DNA from: Lingula anatina
Taxonomy: Eukaryota; Animalia; Brachiopoda
Assembly: GCA_051362555.1 (NCBI GenBank)
Contig: CM120640.1
Coordinates: forward strand, 12,090,001-12,154,000
Length of the DNA: 64,000 nucleotides
Direction of reading: 5' to 3'
In this document: one piece after another, positions 1 through 13,300 of the stretch
Layout: each line of letters starts with the position of its first letter
Numbering within the stretch: position 1 is the stretch's first letter
Made by a program: the position numbers and the translations under genes
The notes under the pieces: generated by a model
What the model was told of the DNA's origin: nothing
The model's input: the letters and a program-made list of their open reading frames with translations, nothing else
The model's database searches: none

Positions 1-1248
1 CTCAAAAGTGCAACTATGCTATTGGATAGAAATTGAAGGTTTTAATTTTATATATTACCAGTATATGTATCTTAGATGAAGTCTTAAAATGTCTTCAATT
101 GATTTACCTTTATTTGAAAGAAATTGCTTTTGATTTTGATTAGTTGTATGAATGTTTCTATTTTTCTACAGGTCAGACAGATGTCATTCCTGAGTAATAG
201 ATTTTCCTTAGACTCTCTTGGGAATCAAACTCACCACATTTACAATTTTTTGCAAATTTGACATTCCACTGCATATTTGCATAATGTAATGTACATGTAT
301 ATCAAATTAGAGCTCATCATTAAAGCAACATCAGGAACTAAAGCAGGACATCTGAGTAAATGAAAGGCAATTGTTGACTATTACCCTGTTTCATAACAGT
401 TCTATGATTTTTTTTTTTTTTTTTGGTTGGCACATGTAATACAGTTGATACAGGGATTTTCTTAGAAATGCCTGTAGTTATTTAGGTAATGGCTAGACCT
501 TTGCCACGCACATGTAAGTCTGCTCAAATCATTGCACCAACAAATAATTATCCATCCAAGTGGATGTCTTTATAATTTGACATAGTACCTTAATTATTGT
601 ATGCCCTCTAATAACCCAAGTATCCAATATATGAACCTATTTACTCGGCAAAATGGCACTATTCAAAAGCAATTCTAAGTGATGCTGCATAGAAGAACTT
701 CAAAATGTCTGTTGCCAAAATCAAATAGAAAAACAAAAAATAAAATGTTGAAAGGACAATTGATAAGTCCAGTGAATAAATTCAGATGGTAGCTTCAGTG
801 TTCCACTTGCTTCGAATTCAAAACTCAAAGGTACCTAGCTGAGAACATATTTAAAAACAATTTGGTCAAATTAAGTGATCACTTGCATGCATTTCTTGCA
901 TTTTACCTTTGCATAAAAATTTAGAGCAGGGTTAACTTTGTATCAGTTTTCTTGTTTAAAAAGATGTAAGTTGTCTTTTAAATACAATTTCTTATTTAAA
1001 CAGATGTAAACTGTCTTTAAAATATAACACAGGCTATATGAAAATGAAAAGGGCAGTACGTTTTACATTCCCATATGAAATCAAAGGAAAATGTGCAGAT
1101 TTCATAAGAATGCACAATGCATGCTAAGAAGGTATTATAGTCAGATGGAGGAGCTGCATCAAGACACAAGTCAGTGACAAGAAGACCAAGGTACATCTTG
1201 AACAATACTAAAATGTTTAACTGAATGATAGGAAAATTTTATTTTCAG

Positions 1249-1673
1249 ATGAAACAGCCACCCCAGCATTATTTAAAGCCTTAGCCTTGCGATTTGAAAA
1301 GTATTATAACTTTGGAGTTATGAAGAATCCAGAAGCAGAGGATTTGAAGGCTCTGGGAGTAAGCGACTATTTCTTAGACACACCCTGTCTGTTGGTGCTT
1401 GTTGCTGATGCACAGAATCATGGGAAGCAGTTGAATGAATATGAGAACTTACAGTTTAGTGGAGTTCCTTACAATAAAGATACTATGGGAGAATTTAATT
1501 TCCCCAATTTGATGAAATTTCTGTTTGCAATTAACTATCAGTTTCGACATGCTTTACCTGGAGACAACCATAGTGACAATAAGATAGTGGCAGAAATGCT
1601 GGATATAATTGAAATTGAAAAGAAAAGATTTGAAATTATGGATGATCAGGTGCTAAGTAGAGAAGAATTGTAG
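1249..1673 (+). CDS. Terminal coding exon of an ER-luminal protein, probably thioredoxin-fold/PDI-like (upstream exons not resolved)
   Basis: Acceptor ttttattttcAG ends at 1248. Open frame ETATPALFKALALRFEKYYNFGVMKNP...DDQVLSREEL-stop. C-terminal REEL is a KDEL-type ER retrieval signal. An AT-rich UTR follows, with AATAAA near 3753/3785/3852. The family assignment is an inference from resemblance to PDI b-type domains. Confidence 0.6.
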
Positions 1674-3960
1674 TGATACTTGGAACCCAGCCATGTACAT
1701 GTCTTCCATATAAATTAATATCACGAATGTTTTTCATATATGTGGATGGTATGTTTTATAATAATATTTTCAGTCTTGCCATCAGAATTTGGTCCCGATC
1801 TCACTGAAATATAAAAGCTGAGCTGTCAAATTTAAGGGGAGCTTTTTGCCATAGAAAAAAATTAATGGTTTTTATGAACTGAGGAAAAAATTTGCCAAGG
1901 AAAAATAATTTGTATTTTGTTAGGTTTTAACATAAACACTGGGAGTTTTAGCAAATCAGGGATTTTACCAAGTGTGTGGCTTTGTAGTATTCACTGCTGG
2001 TATAATCATCTCTCAGACTTATATTTGTAGGTATGTTAATTATACATCTCAGATGCGCTTTATATTGGTAATACCAATCCCCAAATGTGTAATTTATATG
2101 AAATTGTACTTAATTGGCAACTTTGACTAAAATGATGGTGTCATGTTTACCTATAGGTTAAACGAGATTGGTTTAGTCATTTTATGTTCCAGTTAAAAAA
2201 AGTTGCATTTACCCAATTTGTGCTATGTGGCATGTGCTGTATTTTTTGTCAAGTTTTTAGTTTTGTTATATAACTAGCTGTGATGTGCTGGCAAACTGCC
2301 ATCAACCCTTTTCAGTTTTGACCTTTCAGAAATATGGTCCTTTGGGATATCAAGACTGTCACTTTGTATGTGAAAATTATTAATAATCAAGTCAAGTGAT
2401 TAAATCACAGCAATCAAAGAAACTATTCTCATTTGATTAATCCATATGTAATAATTTTTTTTCATTATTTATTATATTTAGAGTAGATTTCTAAAAAATT
2501 AGAACAGTCTGTTATAAAGTTCTTGCAGTCCGTCCACATAAATGTGCATTTTGTATGTAAACAACATTTGCTTTATGCTATTTTCTAATGAGCTGTATTT
2601 TCAAAATATTTTTCATGTTTTTATAAATATTTTATTTATAATGTTCGTGGTTAATTGCAAATCTGTGTTACAGAAGCTATCAGATAGCCTTTAAGAAACA
2701 ATTGTCAGCTGTATATAGCTTATACATATTTGCTTATTTTTGTAATCTCTTTACATCAAGATTGTTGTTTGTTAATTAAATTGTTTTTGTAGTGCATTAA
2801 AGAAGACATAAGATTTAAGTCTCTTTTTTAATTTGAACATTGCTGAAATACATTACTGTGGTTCTAATACCCTACTGATAACTCACAGGAATCAAAGAAG
2901 AAAAAAGCAAAGCAAGTTATAAATGAATCTGGAGTAAATAATTGAAATATGATACCCCTCATCATGATGAAACCATATGGTGAAGGTTTCATTAATGGCA
3001 CAGCCAGATGGTTAAGTTAAGAGTAGATCTACTGTACTGCAATATGGTCAGTGATTAAAAAAATCGTCTGACTCACTGACATGAAAATCTGATCCCTGGG
3101 GCAATCATAAAAAATGAACATTTGACCTTACCAATGTTCTTGTTATACTAAAGATAACAGTTTTGTTGAGGATTTTTGGTGACACTTTGTGGAAAATCAC
3201 AATTTGACTCTTACACAATACTGAAGTTTTAAGTCATGAAATTGACAAATGCATTTTAACACACAGTAGTTCTTAAAACAATGTGCAATATAAGATTTTT
3301 TTTAATACACATTCTATATATATTTCGACTTTTAACTTATGCCATCCTCCATAAATAGATGTCAAAATAGATGTTTTTGTCCAACTCAGAACTGAGCACA
3401 TCCTTGGCAAATGATATTTCAATGTGTCAGTTTGGCCATGAGCAGTTGCTCCCTTCCACTGCGTTAGTTGAGAATGTTAGTGTAACAATATGCAGATGCT
3501 TCTCTCGAAGTATATTTGAAAGCATTTGAGATGAAAAATAATATAATATTTTATAAACTAGCTGATACCTTTCATGTCAATCATTAAACCATGATAAGAG
3601 ATTAGTATACATGATTTATATAATATCTTTATGTACTATATCATGTCTAAAAGCCTGATTGTCACACTTGCCCGGAGACTTGTGTCTTTAACAAAAATGT
3701 TCTGGTACGACTGGGCTCTAGAGAAAATATTTATTTTAAAGTATTGAACATCAATAAAAACAGTTAACAGTATTTGGTGTAATTAATAAAAGATGCTTAA
3801 TATTTTATTTGTTTTGTGACATGCTTTTTCAACCGAAATCTGGTAAAAAGCAATAAAAATAACCAACCCCCCCTACTCTGCCTTCAGGTGCAAAAAGAAT
3901 TATCAGCAATCATTTTATATTAATATATATTTATAATAATAATAATTAAGAATTAAATAA

Positions 3961-4720
3961 AACTAGACAGCAAAGCTGACAAATGTTCAGACATTACTCA
4001 GAAAAGAGAGCACCAAATAATACTCTGGCCAATTTGCTTTAAAACAGCATAATCCCTCTTACCCTCCTACATTATGTACTACAGATAACATGGACACTGA
4101 AAAATTAGCAAGTGATTCAGTTTCATGGGACATAAAAGCCACTGAAAATGCTGATGTGTGAAAATTTAGTTATATAAACAAACTAAAAAAAAAAAAGAGT
4201 ACTTAACATAAATGTAAAGTTATCGTGCCGATTTTACACAGCAACCTGCCTCTTTACCAAATAAAGCCACTCAGTAAATTAAATGTAAAACTAAAATATA
4301 GTTTGGCAGTTATGGGGCAAATGTCGCCACAATTGTGCAAAAAAAAAAAAAACAATAATTACCGTAAATATAAACCGATTGTGTCAAATTTCAAATGCAT
4401 CTGGCTTCTTTGCCAAACAAAGCCATCCAGTAAATCTTAAGTAAAACAAAAATACGTTTTGGAAGCTATGGGGAGAACATCGCCAATTTTGAGCAAAAAA
4501 AAACAAACAATAATTACTGTAAGTGTAAACCAATCATTCTGATTTTAGATAGCAACCTGTTTCTTAACCAGACAAAGTCACTCAGTAATTTAAAGTACAA
4601 CTAAAATATAGTTTGGCAGTTATGGGGCTAACATCATGTGTCAGACAGCCACAGCAATGTCGACGACATGGACAGACCAATCAGAATGTATACAGACACT
4701 AACAGTGTCTGCATATAAAA
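3961..4720 (-). mobile_element. Non-autonomous Helentron/HINE-like element with internal ~155-bp tandem repeats
   Basis: 5' hairpin atacagacac-taaca-gtgtctgcatat at ~4689-4716 next to an A run. The 3' end aactagacagcaaagctgacaaatgttcagaca at 3961 is the reverse complement of the end of the 38.1-40.3 kb element. Three ~155-bp units (gtttggcagttatgggg at 4301, ~4456, 4611). Confidence 0.7.
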
Positions 4721-4723
4721 ATT

Positions 4724-4781
4724 GGGACTGAGTGGGAATCGAACTCACTCTGCCGTGTAAGGACATTACAACTGGGCCAGC
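4724..4781 (-). mobile_element. Degenerate tRNA-derived SINE head
   Basis: Minus strand reads gctggcccagttgtaatg...gagttcgattcccactcagtccc, with an A-box-like TGGCCCAGTTG and B-box GTTCGATTCC. No intact cloverleaf. Confidence 0.45.
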
Positions 4782-6824
4782 AAATCCTGCTATCTGATGT
4801 AGTGTTATTGACAATATAATATGTGATACCTATCGCACATGCCGAGGCTTTAATGAAATTTGCCAAAGGCTAGAAATTGGATTCAAAATATACTTTTAAC
4901 AGTTGTAATCATATTCAAACATATCTTCCCACTGCCCTAAGGTATTGCTAACCGTATCAGTTGTCAACAGAACGTTGTATTTTGGGCGAAAAACATGCAA
5001 AGGAGACTTTGGCTGTCTGCTGTTATTATATAGATATGCGTGACTTGCATCTGTTTATAAGCAAGAAACAAAATTCATTAAATCCAAGTACTTTGTTTTC
5101 ATTTGGCTGTAATACAAATAAGTGGTCTTGTCAATCTCAAGATTTTCCTGTAGAAATATCATACAGATATAATGTACACATTTATGTACTAAAAACAAAT
5201 CTTCAGCCTGTTGTGCATTTAGCTAGGGAAAGTTTGAAAAATTTTACCTTTGAGAATATGAATAGTATAATCAGGGCACCAGTATAAGTAAAAATGCTAA
5301 TTTCAATCACCAACAATTATAGTTGTTGCAGCAGCAAAAAAAAGGTTGTTTTTTTTCCATTATGTCATACACCACCATCAGACTATTTATAGCAAACATT
5401 ACACTAAAAGAAAATTGGATAGTATAATGGAAGAATTCCCCACTGTTGTTTCCTATCATTATTTGACCTGGGTCCAAATTAAACTTCTGGGGTCATTATT
5501 ACAAAACAATGCCTTGTCTTCAGCTATTTTTTTCTTTCCTGTGGAAGTGCCTGGAACATAGACTGGGTCTGGGTGTAAATAGCAATTGGTTAAGGGAATA
5601 ACTCTGTAACCGCTGCAGATGAAATCACCAATTTGAAACTTATGCAGTTGTCAAAAAAAAACCAAGAACAGTCAAGTGTGACAGATTTATGACCTTTGTT
5701 CTTTTAAACCAATGTAAAGCAGTCTTGTTTACAAACGTCCTGTGAAAATTAGTATGATTTAACATCATTAGTGATAAAATTTGATTAAAAGCCCCTATTT
5801 GTCAAGTAGTACACAAAATCATGAAATCGAAAATAACACTTTTACTTCCAAATCACTGATATGTCATCAGCAAAATATATATAAATTATAATTTATCTAC
5901 AGACAAATAAAATCCTTGGACATTTTGTGATAATATTATAACAATCAGTATTATTTATTTTTTAGCCCGAATTGGTTAATGGGGTATATGTCCCAAGTGT
6001 TGCAATATTTCTCCTTCATAAGTTATACAGGTGATATAATGCTTCAGGGGACTGTCTGTAATAAAAATGGAAGAATGGGTTACTGAAGAAAGTACTGTTT
6101 ATTAACCTACGGAATAATTTACTACCTACCGAAATACCTTGTGAAACATGAAGTCAAAAAAGACCACAGACAACCTGCTGTTAAAAATTGTGGATGCCTT
6201 TTGTGGCTTATGCTCCTACTGCTATGCAAATACGGCAAATTGCTATCAAGTCACTGAATAAGTTCTTTGCCTGCTTACTACTGAGCCACTGGAAATCAAA
6301 GACATTCCAGTTCAACAAACTGTATTGGATAAAAATAGAACCAACTAGTGATCACAATTCAAAGCAATATAATTAGAGAATTAGCATCTGATCATTTTGA
6401 AAACCACCCCTTTAAAACTGTCAAGTTTCACATTTGGCTTTATTTTACACAGGAAATATTGAATTGCAAAGCAAATATTGAAAGTGTTTCACCACATACT
6501 ATTTACATTATAACATTTTTCAATTTGACCAACACGTGCTTTGAAAATTAGCACAGCATCACAGCAAAGTATAACAATCATGTAACTTGTACATAAAGCT
6601 GACACATTTTACAATCACCCTAAAAACTATCAATTTCCAATTATGTTTTTTGCTTACAATTTGTCCTGTTTAAGGTCCTTATTTTTATATTGTCATTCTG
6701 AAACAGTCCACGCTCCACCACTTTACTTATAATATTTATGAGAAAATTCTGTTTAGTATTTTGAGGTACCATTCAACATGCCATTCATATAACAGCTGTT
6801 CAACTGTCCAAGACAAAATATTGT

Positions 6825-8922
6825 TCATGATGCTTCACTACTGCTTGAGTTAGCTCTACTACTATTGTCACCACTAATGCCTTGGTCAGTGGTGCTTGAG
6901 TCAACCACATTTGTCTTGTTTCTCCTTCTTCCAAATATGGATGGCATTGAGTACCAGCTTCTCAAAACTGTGGCTTTGGCAATATCATACACAGCTGAGA
7001 CAGAGTCAGGTGCTGGGCGCACATCCAAAGTGGTAAACTGATAAGTGACTGGATCTACTTCATGTCCTTCATCATAATAGTCTATGATGTACCTCACCTC
7101 CTTGCCACAGCGGTCTACAATCCAGTCATGGCGGTCAAAAGGAAGGTCATATCTGAAAACAACATATACAAATCTGTCACTGCAATAATTTGTAACTATA
7201 CTCAAAATTACTTTGGTCAAACTTTGGTCTCACGTTATCTTAATTATTGAAGGTGGTATTGTTCTTTGAGTAGCAGTTAGTGCACTGGATACTGAACACT
7301 TCTCGAAACATGAAGAAGTGAAATCATTTCTCTTACTGAACATCCAGTTCTTAGTTGTCTCCTTCCTGCTCTTTCCAAAAACCTACCAAACTTGTGCTGT
7401 CCACTGTCCAAATGATATAACTTTCCACATTTGCATCAATACCCAATTTTCAGGTGAAAAATCATTAATTTGGCTTCATATAAAAAGGAAGAGTAAACTC
7501 ATTAAAGAAATTTACTATATAGTTACCCTCTCCAATGCCTTATCTTTGCTCTCCAAGAAAAGTCCTTGGCTTTACCTCCAAAGCTTTTCAATTTTGGGTC
7601 ACAGCATTCCCTGAAAAGTTTCATTTACAATTTTTACTAAAATTTCAATCAATATGCAGCATTATGATCACTTCATCTCTTTCATAATATCAACATAAAA
7701 TAAACCCCATTCTGTTTTCATAATCCTTGATAGATCATTCCCAAAAATAATAGATCTAGTCTTTTCAGTCAACCTACTTTGCATGCCAGGCCTCCCATTT
7801 CAGGACCTCCAACCAGGCTTGCTCATTGTTGGCATTGTGAATTCTAATTATACCATTCATGTCTTCCTCACTGATATCATCTTTTTTCCATCTCCACCCT
7901 AAATATATCGGGAAATTGAACAGATTTATTTGCATTTATTTTGTTGAAGCTTCAGAGTGTTTACTTTATATCTATGAATAAAACCAATGGAATGCAATCA
8001 TGAAAACTTTACAAGCCACATTATCAGTAAAAGTGCAGTTGAAAGATCTACAAATCTCATATCTATTATACTCAAGACTATCCTCTATCAGTTGTGATAT
8101 TTTACTAGTTTTCATACATTTCCCTTTGTCTTTAACACTGCTTTTCTTACCTTTTCTTAGCATAGCATTCCAGAACATCTGAGGAGATGGATAAACCCAG
8201 TATTCATTTTCTGTTCCACCCTTTGGTATGGAAGACACTACTCTGTCAGTGCTTAGCGGAAAAGGTTGGTCTGGAGACGGCCTTTGGTTCGGAGGAGGCA
8301 TCTAGAAAGCATTATTTTTGTTTATTATACCAAACTGGAATAAAATCTGAGCAGTTATTATGCCACCTATTAATGTGGATTGAAAATTAAAACAATGTAT
8401 GACAGAACCGACATTCAAACATGCTTCAAATAGTGAATCCCTACAAGATTATCTTTTATTCAGTTGTACTTTTTTGCAAGTAACCATCCTGAAACTGGCA
8501 AGAGTATTCAAATCCATACATGATTTAGGAGACTACCATTATAATTACAATCTTTTGGCCTTTACTTAAGTTCAAAATCATCCAATACCTACCATGTTTG
8601 TGGGGTCAATATCACCCATGCCTGATGGCAATGGGCCTTCGTTTTCCCTGTTCATTGGGCACTCGCTGGGGTAATACACTGGCTCTGCACTTCTCTGTCC
8701 ATGCTGTACTGGACACTCACTGGAACTGGACATTGGTGGGTGACCAGGTGGTGGTAGCATGGCACTGTTGTTATTGTTATTTGTGTTGACTTTGTTATGC
8801 ATTGGGCATCCCTCTGGTGGTCTCTGGACAGAGGGCTGGCTAGCTGGCACAGCTGGAGACTTTTTGCCTGTTAACTGGTCAGTGACAGCAGAACTTGCTT
8901 CAGTTGATGTAGCTGCTCCCAT
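6825..8922 (-). CDS. HCCS: Holocytochrome c-type synthase (cytochrome c heme lyase), 5 coding exons, 337 aa
   Basis: Exons 8922-8593, 8301-8151, 7898-7778, 7610-7527, 7152-6825, all GT-AG and in phase. Motifs: N-terminal MGAATS, three CP motifs (CPMH, CPVQH, CPMN), [61 protein letters not shown] non-coding first exon probably ends at 10203 (minus-strand GTAAGT donor). Confidence 0.96.
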
Positions 8923-9739
8923 TTTTCTATGCAGTGGTGAACACTATAGAGGGCAATCTAAATTAGACAATATCAGTGTTAAAAGCTTACACAGGTATCA
9001 GTCTATTCTCAGTTTTGGAATACTATAAAATGTATCATTGTAGTATATCCAAAAAGAGGAATTATTATATAATAGTTAGGGTTCTCAATACCTCGTCCAG
9101 ATAAGTTCATAAAACAGTTTTAAATACATAAATAGCATATATAAATAACACCGTATCTCAGTTTGCTGTAAGCTTCTGATTTTAAATACAAAGCACATGC
9201 TAAGCATTTAAAGGATATAACCTGCATAAAAAGTTCAATATTGATGTGGGTATCTAAAACCAATTTTCCTCCATATGGCACATTTGTGTTCTACATTATT
9301 TCGTTTAATTTTTTTTTTCTCACAAATGGCACAAAATTATTTCAAGATTCAAGGCCATAGCAAGCCACTGAAGATGGCACATATTTGGAAAACAAGGAAA
9401 CAGGTTATGACTAGATAGGGCCAACGGTAAAAAAGTGAAAATAAATTCTCAAGTAATATAGCAATTCTCACCTCAAAAACAGTTTGTAATATGACTTGTC
9501 AAAATAAAGGGGAAGTAAATGTATTTCACTATTCACAATCTCTCCTTAGTTATCATCATTACACATCAACACACATTCCCGTGTTAACATACCTTCCATA
9601 TTTCAAAGTTATCATCTGAATAATAGAGTTCATATACTAGTATTAATATTATATAACACTGGCAATGTGCGTGAATCTAAAGTAAAATAAATATGGTTTG
9701 TTAAGGTGAACAACAGATGTGTCAGATGTCTAACAGAAA

Positions 9740-9805
9740 CCAAGATGACATGACAGACACAGTGATCAGAATATATGCAGACACATGCACTGTCTGTATA
9801 TAAAA
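9740..9805 (-). mobile_element. 5' end fragment of the same HINE-like family
   Basis: Hairpin atatatgcagacac-atgca-ctgtctgtatataaaa, preceded by tcagaat as in the copy at ~4680-4720. Confidence 0.5.
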
Positions 9806-10017
9806 TTAGTTACAAATAGGAGACTATACCCCCCCCCCTCCCGATCCACTTAAAAAAATGGGGGAATAGTTCTTTCAAAAAAACTAACATGTTGACACGA
9901 TGTTAGGAAACTACATGTTAGAACTTGACACGATGTTAGGAATTCTACACTTTTCAAATACCTAACTCATACTACTTCTAGTTATTCCACCTCACTGAAA
10001 CACAGACGAGTTGTGTT

Positions 10018-10118
<101 letters not shown>

Positions 10119-10202
10119 TACAACTTCTTGCAGAGTGAGAGAGAGTTAACGCTATTGATAACACCAAAATTCTTTTACTTATAACAATGTCAAATAACTT
10201 AC

Positions 10203-10393
10203 CACTTTCGTTCTAAATATCTAAAAACATATCATTTTATGTAAGACTGGTTACATCAGCGGCATGAACGCGTGAGTCCAATGTGGTTCGTCTTGTCTAA
10301 GTTCCTTCCGATCGCGTGTTACTTTGCGAGATCAAAGATTAAGCTTTTTCATTGGACGAATGAGCAGTAGTCTCGAGGAATAGGGCGCTAAAA
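10203..10393. promoter_or_regulatory. Candidate bidirectional promoter HCCS(-)/SKP2(+)
   Basis: Under 200 bp between the HCCS 5'UTR donor (10203) and the SKP2 ATG (10394). Locally CpG-rich. CCAAT at 10278, ATTGG at 10351, E2F-like GGGCGCTAAAA at 10383. Confidence 0.65.
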
Positions 10394-13300
10394 ATGAAGC
10401 AAAAGAACAAGAAGGAAAATACTTTTTCTGGAACTGATGAAAGCCATAACTCAAGAAATGCAACAAAGAGGTAGTATTTTATATACATAATATGAGCTAT
10501 TAATTTTAACAAATTGAAATGCCAAGGATCTATGCCTGGTAAAATTTGAGACCAATTTTTGAAAAGTCTTTCCCGGCAATTTTTATGTTCGTTGAAATTT
10601 AATGTGAATTATTATTATTTCATTTTATCTATTCAGGATATAATTAATAATTATGTGCCTTACATTTGCTTATTTTGTTATTTTCTTCATATTTTGTTTT
10701 ATCCCTAAGCGTGATTATTTAAAACAGAAACAAAAATTGGACCATATTTACATTTGTTGGTAAAATGTAGATTTGTTGTGTAGACTACACTAGCAGTTTT
10801 GAGTAGGTAAACGTAATTAATATTATGAAACGATCTTGATATGATCTTGAGAAGATTTCAAAGGTGCAGGCCTCCACCAAAGAAAGAAAGCGAAAAATTT
10901 ATTTTAGGGGGAAACATTACCCCTTTCATTGGCAGAGATAATTCTGAAAGCATATTTTTACTTAAAATTTATTAATAACTTTTAATGTATTTCATTTGCA
11001 GAAAAAGAAAATCATTAAGCGAACTGGACTCTAGCCTCCAGAATACAAAGCTAACATGGGACATGGATCCCAAGAGGAAGAGCCAAATCTATGAAGATTG
11101 TGGTATAAATGAGTTAGAGGAAGACAGCAGGGATGCCTTCCCAGAGCCCACTCCTAAGATTCTCATGGCAATATCTTCAAACCCACCTGGGGTAAGAATA
11201 CTTGGCTGTAATCCTATATTTATAAATATATATATTATGGCGCTTAACCTGGTATTGCCAGCCCATCAAAACAACCCAAAGGGTGATTGATCCGATTATC
11301 CAGTGCATGCAGAAACAACTTTTAACACCTCCATTGGCCATTATATAATAACCATCCCAGTTCTGTGATATCATTTGCCAATGAGTGTCAGAAGTAAGAT
11401 CTTCCTAGCAACTTGTTAACTGTCGATCTAAAGAAATATGGTCCTCTGGGCTAGTGAACCTGTTGACTATTGGTAAACATGCAGTTTTTCAGCAATGTTT
11501 TCTCAGCAAAATCAAGTGCTCAGTGGATCAAACCCTGTAAATAAGTGTCTTAATTTTCCATAGGCAAAAATATACTCATATGAGCTTTAATACGGAATAA
11601 ATATTAGACTTTAAACAATGAAATAAATAGCAAATCTTGTATCACTGTGCAAGTAAGGTAAATGCTGACATGGAACTGATGTTTGATTATGTAGGCTCCA
11701 AAGGCAACAGCCAGATACACAGAATCAGATGATAGTAATGAAGCCCCACATCTTCACCCTTGGATTAAGAACCCAACCCCACACAGGCCGCTAAATGAGG
11801 AGAATGAAAATCCTCTGAAGAAAAGAAGAAAGGTTTGCGAAGACAGAGGCAGAAATGGTAAGACATTTCTTAGCTGTGTCTGAATCTTAAAAAGTATCTG
11901 CACCATATTATAAAAAGAAATCTGAACAACTTTTGATTAAGATTATAAAAACTATTATTGATTTTCTTTTTGAATGTACTGAATGTAAAAGATACAAAAT
12001 GTCAGTTTTACCTACCTACTAAACATACTCCTTACATTCTCATACAACAGCTGTGAAGTGCACCCCCTTGGTGCAAGTATTCTGTTAAATTTTTATGGTA
12101 TTCTGTTTTATTCTAGAGATTAATGGTTTATATACTCTTTCAGAATTATTTGTCAAGCTCTCAGATGAAATCATACTAAACATCTTCACATGGCTGCCCA
12201 AGTGTATTCTGGTTAAGTGTGCCAGAGTTTGCAGAAGATGGAAAGGCTTGTGGTAAGAAGATAAACTGGATCTTGGATTTTTGGATCTAAGTTTTGCTTG
12301 ATTTTTTTTCTTTCCTTCTTTCAAAGTCATAGACTGATAGGAATAAACTTGCTGTTAAATGGTTCTGATATTTACATTTCAGTTTTGATGAGTCATTATG
12401 GAAAAGGCTGGATATGGCCAGTAAAGTTTTGAAACCTGGTGTGCTGGGCAGAATACTGAACAGAGGTGTGCGGGTGCTAAGGCTTGCAAAGGCAGAGGTA
12501 AGGAGTTTTGGGTTACTAAAACATTGTCACTATAATTCAGTGTGCCAATATGTGGTACTGTGAATAAAGTTAGCTTTTGATTGGGTTAAATAAATCGGGG
12601 ATATTATTACAGTCTTTGGTAGCCTAACACAATTGTGAACATTTTGATGGAAATTCATCCGTGTAGTCTTTTGATTATGTTATACGCATAAACTTCTTTT
12701 TCTTCACTTACTTGAGCTGTACCTAAACAAAGCTTAGTAGCATAGGAACACACTGAGGTAGTGATCGAAAGCTTTGTTTAAGAACAGCTCAAGTAAGTGT
12801 AGAAATTAAAAAGTTTAAGCATGTAGCATAATCTGTTAACAAACTTACATTCATAAGCCATAGTGACTCGACATTAAAAATATGATTCCAATCAGTTTCG
12901 TGTAATCCCATGTGCTGCAGAGCTCCTAACAGGTACTGTTTTGTTTTAGGTCAATTCACCACTGTTTATTAACAAGCCAGTTGATTTTCCTGATTTGGGG
13001 TAAATATTAAGGGATACTTATTTCGTGCACTTCTGTATAGAGGTGAAAACATCTGTTGTGTCATTAAAACATTCACTTTTGTGTTCAACCTATCACATGA
13101 TTTTCCATATTTCATTCTTTCAGATTGTAATTTATTACAAAATGATAAATGCTTTAAAAATGTTTTCACATTACACTTGTACTGATCTTACATACTTAAT
13201 ATCTTGGCATTTTATCTCCAGGCTAACAAAAGTGCAATATTTAGATCTGTCTATGACTGTAGTTAGTGAAGCAGGTCTGGAGGAACTGTTGGGAAGATGC

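Noticed and set aside
172-193. Possible micro-exon of the first gene (ctacAG...GTaata)
   Set aside because: Weak donor, and no stop-free frame joins it in phase to the 1249 exon; cannot be supported.
4724-4781. Functional tRNA gene
   Set aside because: Too short, with no anticodon arm or acceptor stem; kept only as a SINE-like relic.
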